Below the pieces are notes generated by a model. The model searched no databases and was not told where the DNA came from. It saw only the letters and a program-made list of their open reading frames with translations. Source: a virus (taxonomy: Duplodnaviria > Heunggongvirae > Uroviricota > Caudoviricetes). From it: a DNA stretch of 64,000 bases. The stretch is taken from IMG/VR virus record IMGVR_UViG_3300027770_000048. One strand, written 5' to 3'. Of this stretch, positions 9,282 to 17,902 are shown piece after piece (positions within the stretch are counted from its first letter, which is position 1; each line of letters starts with the position of its first letter). The position numbers and the translations under genes are program-made.

Positions 9282-9537
9282 AAACATACAAACTATAATA
9301 GGTGAAACTTACAACGAAGTATTTAATGTTATTGGAGTTAAAGAGGAAAAATCGTATTATGAATTTACATTAGGATACGCAACAGTTGGCAAACCAAATT
9401 ACGAAACAATATTACTATATAGAGAACAAACCGACAACGGAATGTATGTTATGGAATACAATAGTAAAACGCTTTGGTTAAATACGAATGAGTTTGACAC
9501 GATTGATAAGATTATCATTTGCATGCAGACTATCTAA
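9268..9537 (+). CDS. hypothetical protein, paralog of the previous gene
   Basis: MLTIKNIQTI vs MLTINNLDKI. Confidence 0.4.
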   Translation: MLTIKNIQTIIGETYNEVFNVIGVKEEKSYYEFTLGYATVGKPNYETILLYREQTDNGMYVMEYNSKTLWLNTNEFDTIDKIIICMQTI

Positions 9538-9569
9538 TTTGGTAAAGTGAAAAATTTGTCGTATATTTA
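9538..9569 (+). promoter_or_regulatory. conserved phage promoter element
   Basis: tttggtaaagtgaaaaatttgtcgtatattta; ATG of the UvdE gene is only 5 nt downstream, so the mRNA is probably leaderless. Confidence 0.6.
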
Positions 9570-9573
9570 CTAT

Positions 9574-10461
9574 ATGAGTATAGGATATGCATGTATTAAC
9601 CTTTCATTAGGTAAAAAGATTACAACGAATAGAACAATGGTTAAACGAACTTTCATAGCAAAGGGAGTTGACTATGTATCGGATTTGGTATTGCAGAATG
9701 TTGCAGACTTAGAAAAGATTATAGATTGGAACGAACAAAACGGAATTAAAATGTATCGCATGAGTAGTGAGATGTTTCCGTGGGCAACCGAATACGAATT
9801 TACAGACCTTAAAGATTGGAACGAAATACAAAAGATACTACAAAGATGTGGTGCAAAGGCAACAATGTATAAACAAAGATTATCATTTCACCCCGGTCCG
9901 TTTAATGTATTAGTTTCACCAAAAGAAAATGTGGTATTGAATACGATTAAAGATTTAGAAGTGCACGGCAGAATTATGGACGCAATGGACTTATCTAAAA
10001 CACCTTACAACAAAATTAATATACATTGCAACGGAGTGTATGGAGACAAACGAAGTGCAATGGATAGATTTATAACTAACTTTGACAAACTATCTAATTC
10101 AGTTAAGACAAGACTAACAATTGAAAACGATGACAAAGCAAGTATGTATTCAGTTAAAGACTTAATGTATATACACAATGCAATAAAGATACCTATTGTA
10201 TTTGATTATCACCACCACACATTTAACACAGGAGATTTGAGTGAACGAGATGCATTAGCATTAGCAATTACAACGTGGCCGAAAGGTATAACACCGGCAG
10301 TTCATTATTCCGAAAGTAAAGCATTACATGAAAACAATACAAAAATTAAAGCCCAAGCACATTCCGATTATATTACAACCATCCCCAATACATACGATAT
10401 GGGTGTGGACATTATGGTTGAAGCAAAACAAAAAGATTTAGCAATATTGAAATTTATATAA
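9574..10461 (+). CDS. uvdE: UV DNA damage endonuclease (UvdE family)
   Basis: N-terminus MSIGYACINLSLG matches the UvdE signature (RLGYvC.nL.L); TIM-barrel-like HPGPF, LTIENDD, DYHHH motifs. Confidence 0.8.
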   Translation: MSIGYACINLSLGKKITTNRTMVKRTFIAKGVDYVSDLVLQNVADLEKIIDWNEQNGIKMYRMSSEMFPWATEYEFTDLKDWNEIQKILQRCGAKATMYKQRLSFHPGPFNVLVSPKENVVLNTIKDLEVHGRIMDAMDLSKTPYNKINIHCNGVYGDKRSAMDRFITNFDKLSNSVKTRLTIENDDKASMYSVKDLMYIHNAIKIPIVFDYHHHTFNTGDLSERDALALAITTWPKGITPAVHYSESKALHENNTKIKAQAHSDYITTIPNTYDMGVDIMVEAKQKDLAILKFI

Positions 10462-10462
10462 A

Positions 10463-10657
10463 ATGAATAACAAAAATTATGTCTTAATAAAAGAAAGTGT
10501 GATTGATATATTGTATGAATATGCAGATGAATTGGAGCATGAAGCTGGAGTGCATACGCAAGGAATATCAAAAGGAATTAAATACGCATTGAATAAGATT
10601 ATGGAGCAAAAGGAAAACATACAAGTTTTACCAGAAAGTTTTTTTAATAAAAAGTAA
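10463..10657 (+). CDS. hypothetical protein (64 aa)
   Basis: ORF track. Confidence 0.4.
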   Translation: MNNKNYVLIKESVIDILYEYADELEHEAGVHTQGISKGIKYALNKIMEQKENIQVLPESFFNKK

Positions 10658-10795
10658 AATTGACTATGAAAATAATATACATGCAAAGGACAATTGAAAT
10701 GATTGTTAAAAATGAAATCCAATTGTCAGCAGATAGTTTACTACAAACAAAACCGACAAGAGTTGAAACACACAAAGAACAAAACTATTTAGTAT

Positions 10796-11143
10796 ATGAG
10801 TTTGACAATAAAGAACTATAAAAAATTAGAAAGTTGGTCACATAATTATAAAGAGTTTATGATAGGTGAGGTAACCGAAAACCAAAATGAATATTGTTTT
10901 AGAGTGGGATATAACGGCATACCTTATACAATAAAGATATTTAGACATGGAACAAGTACAGTTGAATATGAAGTAGTATTAAGGGATGGAGCAGATATTA
11001 CACAATACGGCAGAGAATGGATAAAAGGTAGAAAATTAAAATCAAAAGAATTGACTGCATTAATATTCGAAGCATTGATAGTAAGATTTAAACCAAAAGC
11101 ACAGGGAGTAAATAATCCCTTTTATTCAAACGGCCCATTTTAA
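10796..11143 (+). CDS. hypothetical protein (115 aa)
   Basis: ORF track. Confidence 0.45.
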   Translation: MSLTIKNYKKLESWSHNYKEFMIGEVTENQNEYCFRVGYNGIPYTIKIFRHGTSTVEYEVVLRDGADITQYGREWIKGRKLKSKELTALIFEALIVRFKPKAQGVNNPFYSNGPF

Positions 11144-11150
11144 TAACAAA

Positions 11151-11175
11151 GGGGCGGGGGTTGGGGGGCAAGTCG
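11151..11175 (+). repeat. GC-rich inverted repeat, left copy
   Basis: ggggcgggggttggggggcaagtcg; its reverse complement recurs at 20185-20209; only two copies in the window. Confidence 0.8.
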
Positions 11176-11474
11176 AATTAGGAAATTTTTTTGATAGTCA
11201 TGCAAAACCAAAATAAGATAGTATGAAAATAATAACAATAACAATTTTTATGATTATGATAGTAGCATCATTGATAGTAGTATATAAAGAATTAACAAAT
11301 AATAAAACAAAAATAAAATGGAAAGGTTAAAAAGGATTTGGAATTTAGTATTAGTGCCAACGGCATTTTTCTTAGGAGCATTAAATATGTGGATAGGTGA
11401 AACGGCAGTAGGATGTTTATTTATTCTATTTGCGACAAACGAAACTATTAACAATGACAATAAAACAAAGTAAT

Positions 11475-11726
11475 ATGAGAGTAGAATTAGGAATGAGTTT
11501 ATTTAGTAAACGAGAAACCTTATTAGGATTAGAAATTACAACGCACAACGGAATAACGGCGAGTGAAGATGCACTATATAACGAAAGGATAGTTGAATTT
11601 AGTATTGGAATTATCTTTGCGATATTCACAATAGGTTTCGTTAGCAAAGGTGAAAAGATTGATACGCCGGATATGGATAATCTACAAAGAGCAATGAAAT
11701 CATTTGAAAGTGAAATGGACAAATAA
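11475..11726 (+). CDS. hypothetical membrane protein
   Basis: ORF 11430-11726 trimmed to ATG 11475; hydrophobic segment IGIIFAIFTIGFV. Confidence 0.3.
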   Translation: MRVELGMSLFSKRETLLGLEITTHNGITASEDALYNERIVEFSIGIIFAIFTIGFVSKGEKIDTPDMDNLQRAMKSFESEMDK

Positions 11727-11735
11727 GTAAGTAGT

Positions 11736-12278
11736 ATGAGAATATTAATTATTGCATTGGCGAGAAGTGGTGGGTATCAATTAAATGAATGGTTGGCATT
11801 GGAATTGGGATATAAAATGATACACGAACCAATATGGAATAATAAATCCATTGAAGGAAACGATATTGTAGTAAAATATAACATTAGTGAAATTGAAAAT
11901 AGAATAGATATTGATTTCAGTAATTGGGACAAGATAATTGGATTGACGAGAACCGATGTAAGAGAATGTTCAATATCACATACCAAAGCAGTACAACGAA
12001 AGGAATGGAGAAGAGGGTATGAAGTAAGTGATGAATGGATAATAGAAAACGAAATAGACATAAAACATTTTGAGGGATGGATAAATAATGCAATTGATTA
12101 CATGAATGGAATAAACGAAATTCATTTAAGAGTTACATACGAGAGGATATACAATACAAAAGAGGACATACAAAGAATAAAGGATTACATAGGTATAACA
12201 AATACAAAGTATGAACATCTATTGGATAACACAAATAGATTAAGGAATAGAAGTAAAACAAAACGAAAGGTAATATAA
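11736..12278 (+). CDS. hypothetical protein (180 aa)
   Basis: ORF track. Confidence 0.45.
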   Translation: MRILIIALARSGGYQLNEWLALELGYKMIHEPIWNNKSIEGNDIVVKYNISEIENRIDIDFSNWDKIIGLTRTDVRECSISHTKAVQRKEWRRGYEVSDEWIIENEIDIKHFEGWINNAIDYMNGINEIHLRVTYERIYNTKEDIQRIKDYIGITNTKYEHLLDNTNRLRNRSKTKRKVI

Positions 12279-12404
12279 AACGATTTTGAATAACGAGATA
12301 AAATAAATTCAGCAAACATTAACATTGATAATGATAAGAATAACACTACTAATACTACTGATATACATAATATATAAGAGTAGACAAGATAAATAAATAA
12401 AGGT

Positions 12405-12935
12405 ATGAATAAGAAACAAATGAATGATGAACACTTAAAAGACTTAAACAATGTAATGCAAATACCCAATGTAAATAATTACTACATTGATAAAAAGTAT
12501 AAAAAGATTTGTTATAAGAATAAGGAAGGCAAGTGGATGTATTGTAAAAAGATACCAACCAAACCTGGATATGTTGCAATGTATAATAACGGACAATATA
12601 TTGAAGTGAATGAAAGGAGTTTAATCAATAAGATAATGCCACCCACCGAAACACAAATACAAAAGAAATTATTTAAAGAGAATAAAAGATTAAAAGAGAG
12701 AGACGGGAGATACAATGTAGGTGTGGATACGGGAGTAATGAGTACACAAACGATTGAGTTACCTATCAAACAAAAAGAAATAGTTGAAAAGGTATTAGTA
12801 TTGAGTAATGCGGATAAGCAGAAACTGAAAGCTAGTAAACAAAAACTAAATACGATAAGAGGAACAATAATAAAGAATTTACCTTACACAATTTCAGTAT
12901 TGAATGAATTGGGATATGAAGTCAATCAAAAATAG
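12405..12935 (+). CDS. hypothetical basic protein (176 aa)
   Basis: ORF track. Confidence 0.45.
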   Translation: MNKKQMNDEHLKDLNNVMQIPNVNNYYIDKKYKKICYKNKEGKWMYCKKIPTKPGYVAMYNNGQYIEVNERSLINKIMPPTETQIQKKLFKENKRLKERDGRYNVGVDTGVMSTQTIELPIKQKEIVEKVLVLSNADKQKLKASKQKLNTIRGTIIKNLPYTISVLNELGYEVNQK

Positions 12936-13194
12936 TATATCAATCAATACCATATCAAAATAAATAAATTAGTGTTAATTAGTGGGTGAAAGTGGTAATA
13001 AGTGTTAAAGAGTGGTAAAAGGTTATATGTATCAAATTAAAATCGTTACATACTTACACACTACAATAAAACTAAAACACTATAAAACTATATCAGGGAA
13101 TGAATTTATATCCCACCCATCCGCACACAGCAAAGATTTTTTTACGGGCAGAAATAAATACGACCAAAAGAAATTCTGTTTTTGCAGTAGTTAA

Positions 13195-13638
13195 CAGGAA
13201 ATTATTCTGTTGAAGTGAATTTATATCGTATGAAACCCTTGCCACCATTGAATTGCCGGATGTGCACTCTAACTATTAAGATACGAAAAATTATTGACAT
13301 TGCCAAAACTCTTGCCAGTATTAGATTGCCTCTAACATATCAGTTGATTCATTAGATATTATTTAATTCAACGTGGAGCTAAGTTAGAAATTATCTAATA
13401 AAGTAAAGTAATACCTTTACGAAATTCAATTTTGGTAAAGTTATAGCTTGACTTGTAACTCGTTGATAATCAGTACATTAGTATAACTCATTGATTATCA
13501 GTGTTTTACAGACCAAAAATTCTTTATTGAGTATCAGTCAGTTACATATATTATTTTTTGTAATAGGCATAACTCGTTGATTGCCAATAAAAACTTTTCC
13601 ATCAATCCATTGCCAGTATAAAATATTGTCGTATCTTT
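13195..13638. repeat. non-coding iteron-like repeat region (candidate origin or regulatory hub)
   Basis: TAACTCRTTGATWATCAG three times (13461-13478, 13486-13503, 13572-13588); ATTGCC/CTTGCC hexamer at least seven times; no credible ORF. Confidence 0.5.
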
Positions 13639-13640
13639 AT
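13608..13640 (+). promoter_or_regulatory. degenerate copy of the conserved promoter element
   Basis: cattgccagtataaaatattgtcgtatctttatg shares the ...attgtcgtat.ttta core; the ATG follows directly. Confidence 0.4.
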
Positions 13641-14052
13641 GTATTGGGTTGAGAGAATGACCCTTCACATAGTAAAAAATTATAATATGAATAGTAGAAT
13701 GACAAACGAATTTACCGAAACCGCTTTTAACACATCTCGTAATGAGAGACCTATTTATAGGAATTTCGCGAGTAGTAAAATGAGTAATTCAGTTAAACCA
13801 AAATCAATGGTTGAATTTACAGACTTTATGGGTCGTAAACATATCGTTGCGGTTCGTAATAATACCGAATTGAAAAAACAAATGAAGTTTTTTGGTATGT
13901 TGAAAAAAGAAAGTTCAACGATTAAACAAATTATTTCATCGTACCCTATTAAATTAGGTAAGGTTGAAAAAAGGTTTATCGCTGAATGTAAGAGAGAATT
14001 AAAGTCAGTATTGAAATTGAATAACAAACAATTGGATATTGTATTAGCGTAA
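13639..14052 (+). CDS. hypothetical basic protein (137 aa)
   Basis: ORF track. Confidence 0.4.
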   Translation: MYWVERMTLHIVKNYNMNSRMTNEFTETAFNTSRNERPIYRNFASSKMSNSVKPKSMVEFTDFMGRKHIVAVRNNTELKKQMKFFGMLKKESSTIKQIISSYPIKLGKVEKRFIAECKRELKSVLKLNNKQLDIVLA

Positions 14053-14075
14053 TTAGTAAAGTAAAAAATAAGAAT

Positions 14076-14318
14076 ATGAAAAGTAAAGTAAACCAAAAGT
14101 CTCTATATGAGATTAAGAAAGTCAAAAGAGTTATGAGAATGAAGTCCGAAGGATTTGAACCTACATCTTTTGAAGTATATAAAGTATCAGGTCCTAATAA
14201 ATTTAGGAAATACTTTGTAAGTCGTAAAGACGCTAAGTCATTCATTGATGGGTATACCGATACCAAAATGACGATAGGAATAGTAAAAAACATTATGAAC
14301 GAAATTAAAATGAAGTAA
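14076..14318 (+). CDS. hypothetical protein; shares an SGP-containing motif with 15363-15731
   Basis: FEVYKVSGPNKFRKYFVSRKDAKSFIDGY vs YEVIELSGPKMDKPRIFVDETSVRKYIGEL. Confidence 0.4.
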   Translation: MKSKVNQKSLYEIKKVKRVMRMKSEGFEPTSFEVYKVSGPNKFRKYFVSRKDAKSFIDGYTDTKMTIGIVKNIMNEIKMK

Positions 14319-14319
14319 T

Positions 14320-14502
14320 ATGAATATAAAAAATCAAATATCACTAACAATGACTAAGAAACAATTAGAGACCATTGTATACACTATGGGTATCGCATTA
14401 GATACTGATTGTCCTGCAATGAATAAATTGAGTGATAAAAAAATAGAAAAGATTGCAACACTATATGAAGTGTTACATAACATGTCAAACCAAATAAGAT
14501 AA
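14320..14502 (+). CDS. hypothetical protein (60 aa)
   Basis: ORF track. Confidence 0.35.
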   Translation: MNIKNQISLTMTKKQLETIVYTMGIALDTDCPAMNKLSDKKIEKIATLYEVLHNMSNQIR

Positions 14503-14619
14503 TATGAGAGAAACGATATCAATAGGGGAGTTAGTAATATTAACCCTCGCGAGTATAATAACATTCGCATTAGTCAAAACAATTTTAGATACAATCTATA
14601 ACAAAATAAAAAGTAAATA

Positions 14620-15024
14620 ATGAATAAAAATAGTAACGCACCAACACATAATCCACATACATTTGACGGATTTGATTCAGCAAATGAAACGTGGGAAAAT
14701 AAAGTAGGATATGATTCAGCAAACAAACGAATGGTTGCGAAAGTATATAAACACTTATACAATGTAATGAATTTTGAAGTGAAACCATCGTGGTTAAAAG
14801 TAATTACCGAAATGCTAACCGAAGATAATAAATTAGGTAAGGTAAGTCTTAACGGATATTATTCAACGATTAGAAAAAACTTAAAGGACATTGAAGTAAT
14901 CAAATACAATGGTCGTAAGGGATTGAGTAAAGGTAAGAATTGGGAAAGGTTTTATAGTGATGAAGATTGGAGTTGGTTTATAACTAACACAAATAGTGGT
15001 GGATATGGTATTATAGTAAAATAA
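14620..15024 (+). CDS. hypothetical protein (134 aa)
   Basis: ORF track. Confidence 0.45.
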   Translation: MNKNSNAPTHNPHTFDGFDSANETWENKVGYDSANKRMVAKVYKHLYNVMNFEVKPSWLKVITEMLTEDNKLGKVSLNGYYSTIRKNLKDIEVIKYNGRKGLSKGKNWERFYSDEDWSWFITNTNSGGYGIIVK

Positions 15025-15035
15025 AATTAATTAGT

Positions 15036-15353
15036 ATGAATAGAAAGAAACGAAACGATAGAAACCACATAGTATATGAAATAGTCAATACTGAAAATGG
15101 TAAGAGTTATATTGGTATTACTGCCGCAATAGGTAGACGATTCCACTACTCTGCTAAATTAAGATTACAAAAACACTTTAGTCGAGCACGAAAAGAAAAT
15201 AAGAATTGGGCACTATATAACGATATGAGAGAGTACACACAGAGTGTATACGAATTGTTTATCGTTAAAGTAATAAGAGGTAAAGCTGCCGCACACCAAT
15301 ACGAAACAAAGCAACTGCAAAAGTTTCATTATGAATTAAATTCGACACATTAA
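15036..15353 (+). CDS. GIY-YIG domain mini-nuclease
   Basis: HIVYEIVNTENGKSYIGITAAIGRRFHYSAKLRLQKH matches the GIY-YIG motif (GIY...YIG....R...H) with a downstream conserved E region; 105 aa, catalytic domain only. Confidence 0.55.
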   Translation: MNRKKRNDRNHIVYEIVNTENGKSYIGITAAIGRRFHYSAKLRLQKHFSRARKENKNWALYNDMREYTQSVYELFIVKVIRGKAAAHQYETKQLQKFHYELNSTH

Positions 15354-15362
15354 AATAAAGAT

Positions 15363-15731
15363 ATGAGTAAGAAAACAAACGAAATCAAATTAGGTAAAAG
15401 AGGTTATAAAGCCGTAGTAAAGAATAAGAAGTTCAACTTTGGTGATGGCAAGCACATTTACGAAGTCATTGAGTTATCAGGTCCTAAGATGGATAAGCCT
15501 CGTATCTTTGTTGACGAAACATCGGTGCGTAAGTATATAGGTGAGTTAGAAGTAGAAACCAAAATGGACAAGCTTGAGACTAGCTTAATCAAAAATGTAT
15601 TAAGTAAGAAGGATAAAAAAGAAGTCCTTGCGTCTAAAGAGTTAAGCGATATGATACCAGCATTAGAGGTATTAGTTGATGCTAATTTTAGAGACATGAA
15701 TGCAAAGAGACCCGAAGATACGGATAAATAA
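15363..15731 (+). CDS. hypothetical protein (122 aa)
   Basis: ORF track; related to 14076-14318. Confidence 0.4.
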   Translation: MSKKTNEIKLGKRGYKAVVKNKKFNFGDGKHIYEVIELSGPKMDKPRIFVDETSVRKYIGELEVETKMDKLETSLIKNVLSKKDKKEVLASKELSDMIPALEVLVDANFRDMNAKRPEDTDK

Positions 15732-15733
15732 GA

Positions 15734-15765
15734 TTTGGTAATGTCAAAAATTTGTCGTATATTGT
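15734..15765 (+). promoter_or_regulatory. conserved phage promoter element
   Basis: tttggtaatgtcaaaaatttgtcgtatattgt. Confidence 0.6.
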
Positions 15766-15875
15766 ATATAACAAAGAGACATTAACAATAAAGATACAAG
15801 CGAAGCTGAGGTAAAAGGAAGCCGCCTCAATGGAGCTTGAACAATTAATAACTTAAAGGCAACCAAAAAAAGAAC

Positions 15876-16187
15876 ATGGCTAAGAAAATTAGTACAAAGG
15901 TGAATTATCAGGTAACAGAATTAGTAAACAACTTAAACGAAGCGGCAACGACTCAAAGTGAACAAAAGAGAGATTTCTTTACCACAAGAGCATTGTATAA
16001 CGCAAAGAGATTATCAACTATCTTAAGCAGTGCTAAAGTAGGTGCTATGGCATTAGTGTTAACTATTGGTATGGTAGCGTGTGGTTCTCCTGCTTCAACT
16101 GAAGTTAAGGCTGACTCAACTGCTCCAGTAGCTGTTGATACAACTGCAACTGCTCCAGTAGTGGATACTGCAAGTGCAGTAAAATAA
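15876..16187 (+). CDS. hypothetical membrane-anchored protein with Ala/Thr/Val-rich repeat tail
   Basis: TM AMALVLTIGMVACGS followed by the repeat STAPVAVDTTATAPVVDTASAVK; DNA repeat actgctccagtag twice; GC content well above neighbours. Confidence 0.4.
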   Translation: MAKKISTKVNYQVTELVNNLNEAATTQSEQKRDFFTTRALYNAKRLSTILSSAKVGAMALVLTIGMVACGSPASTEVKADSTAPVAVDTTATAPVVDTASAVK

Positions 16188-16275
16188 TTTAGCTCGAGGT
16201 AGTGAAGTTCACATACGCTTTAAGTCGTATAGTACAAAACTATGTATTCAACAAAGCAACATACATCTAATTAAT

Positions 16276-16419
16276 GGTGAGCGAGAATATATTGAATTTC
16301 ATTCCCTCGTCCTAATGAAGCGGTGAAGGTGTAATGGTATCCACACGGACGTAAAAGCCCGCGGGAAGCATGATAGTCTCCCAGATTATAGGAGTTAGTT
16401 CAATTCTAGCTCACCGCTC
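16276..16419 (+). ncRNA. candidate structured RNA with tRNA-like acceptor/T-arm/D-arm (not a canonical tRNA)
   Basis: GC-elevated block; 7-bp stem gcggtga(16320-26)/tcaccgc(16411-17) next to gttag-TTCAATT-ctagc (T-arm-like) and gtgt-aatggtatcc-acac (D-arm-like); the central 47 nt does not fold into a standard anticodon arm; alternative outer stem ggtgagc(16276-82)/gctcacc(16409-15). Confidence 0.3.
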
Positions 16420-16498
16420 TATATCAAAAGCATATTGGTTACTTTACAAATAGGTTATTCTCCGATTTACTTTACAAAGAAAGCTTTGATAGTTAACA

Positions 16499-16529
16499 AA
16501 GTGGCTCCCCAATAGAGCCACTTTTTTTA
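16499..16529 (+). terminator. rho-independent terminator
   Basis: gtggctccccaatagagccac hairpin followed by ttttttt. Confidence 0.7.
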
Positions 16530-16545
16530 TAACGAAATAACACGA

Positions 16546-16953
16546 ATGATTTACTTAAACACAAAGATTGAAAGTTTAGAGAGAAAGCATGCCGTTGCGT
16601 TAGCAAATATGGCATTGCGATGGTGCCGGAAACATATGGGTACAAATAATAGAAAAAAGTATCAACCCATATGGTCAGTCCGCATAGGGTGGGATAGTGA
16701 TTGTGGTGAATATGATGCAACGGATAATGAAGTACATATATACTATAACAACTGTTACGATGTAAGGGAACTAATAGGGACCTGTATACACGAATGGACA
16801 CACCAACTACAACCAATATTAACAAAGTACGATAAGTACCCAGGCTCATATAGTAGAAACCCATATGAGAGGCAAGCAAGACGAAACGAAGATAAATATT
16901 TAAGACCATGTTGGTCACACATAAAACAAAAAGCAAAATGGATTACGCAATAA
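16546..16953 (+). CDS. putative zinc metallopeptidase-like protein (HExxH; SprT-like)
   Basis: GTCIHEWTHQLQ contains HExxH; 135 aa. Confidence 0.45.
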   Translation: MIYLNTKIESLERKHAVALANMALRWCRKHMGTNNRKKYQPIWSVRIGWDSDCGEYDATDNEVHIYYNNCYDVRELIGTCIHEWTHQLQPILTKYDKYPGSYSRNPYERQARRNEDKYLRPCWSHIKQKAKWITQ

Positions 16954-17168
16954 TGAAATTGAAACAAGACGAGATAGTATTAATGAAAAAGATTAAAGGC
17001 CTGCAAGACGGCAAACCTAAATGGGCTGCAGCAGAACAGTTAGATGAAATCAGGTCCGCAATAGAATTGTTAGAGAGATACAATAATATAACGGAGCAAG
17101 ACATACAAGATGAGGACAACTACTTAAAGCAAGTGTTCGCTACTCACCCTGCTAAGGCAAAAGCTTAG
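16938..17168 (+). CDS. hypothetical protein
   Basis: ORF 16908-17168 trimmed to ATG 16938 (MDYAIMKL). Confidence 0.4.
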   Translation: MDYAIMKLKQDEIVLMKKIKGLQDGKPKWAAAEQLDEIRSAIELLERYNNITEQDIQDEDNYLKQVFATHPAKAKA

Positions 17169-17213
17169 TCGGACAATCTTAATAAAAATAAATTCAGTTC
17201 AATAAACAATAGT

Positions 17214-17420
17214 ATGAATAGTGATAGTATAGACATAGAGAAGTATAATACAATAGAGATAGATAGACATAACACTATGGGAGATAACAATTTCATAGAG
17301 TGGTGTAAACAATATAACATAGGTAGCAGAGTAGAGGTAGTATCTGAACAAAGACTTAAAGCAAATGATTTAATGTCGCAGTACACTAAGTACACAAACT
17401 ACATAAGTAAAAGAAATTAG
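17214..17420 (+). CDS. hypothetical protein (68 aa)
   Basis: ORF track. Confidence 0.4.
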   Translation: MNSDSIDIEKYNTIEIDRHNTMGDNNFIEWCKQYNIGSRVEVVSEQRLKANDLMSQYTKYTNYISKRN

Positions 17421-17464
17421 ATTTGGTTTTCTAATGTTTTCATTTTTATTTTAGCAAGAGTGAG

Positions 17465-17620
17465 GTATTAAGGTTATTCTCACGACCCCGCAATGATTAA
17501 GTTCGTTGCGGGATTCTTGTGCTCATTACTTTTTGCACGAGACAGTTACGTGTAACTAGGCAAAAGGAGCTCGCTGAAAATCGGGTCGGATACGTGCGAA
17601 TACCGGGGACCACTTTTTTT
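17465..17620 (+). ncRNA. candidate structured ncRNA
   Basis: GC-elevated non-coding block with hairpins gtgagg..cctcac-like (gagtgaggtattaaggttattctcac) and cccgcaa..ttgcggg, ending in ccggggaccacttttttt. Confidence 0.3.
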
Positions 17621-17753
17621 CGTATAGGAGCAATTTTGACATGATATATGATATACACAAAGTGAAATTAACTGTTTTTATTCTACTTAAGTGATACTTA
17701 TTTATACGATATCGGAATTAGTTGACTTATTTTTTAACCAAACTAAATTAAAT

Positions 17754-17864
17754 ATGGAAGTATTAGATTTCGTTTTACACTATCCGTTTTGGGTAGGTGT
17801 ATTAGTAGGGTGGAAAGTATTACCTTACGCGATTGGATTTGTAAAAAGGTTTATTAAATTATAA
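17754..17864 (+). CDS. micro-ORF, 36-aa hydrophobic peptide
   Basis: MEVLDFVLHYPFWVGVLVGWKVLPYAIGFVKRFIKL; immediately followed by a strong terminator. Confidence 0.35.
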   Translation: MEVLDFVLHYPFWVGVLVGWKVLPYAIGFVKRFIKL

Positions 17865-17869
17865 ACAAA

Positions 17870-17902
17870 GGCCCTCTACTTAAAATGTAGGGGGTTTTTT
17901 TA
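17870..17902 (+). terminator. rho-independent terminator
   Basis: ccctctacttaaaatgtaggggg hairpin + ttttttt. Confidence 0.7.

Noticed and set aside
11151-11175. Intramolecular G-quadruplex at the GC-rich repeat
   Set aside because: Only three G-runs (GGGG, GGGGG, GGGGGG) are present, whereas a canonical unimolecular G4 needs four. Not claimed.
13012-13194. 60-aa + strand ORF inside the non-coding iteron region
   Set aside because: It has an odd composition, no promoter element or packing relationship, and sits within a repeat-rich non-coding region. More likely non-coding.
16276-16419. Calling this a bona fide tRNA gene
   Set aside because: Acceptor, T-arm and D-arm-like pieces are present, but the element is ~99-144 nt long and the central region does not form a canonical anticodon arm. 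It is kept only as a tRNA-like structured RNA candidate.
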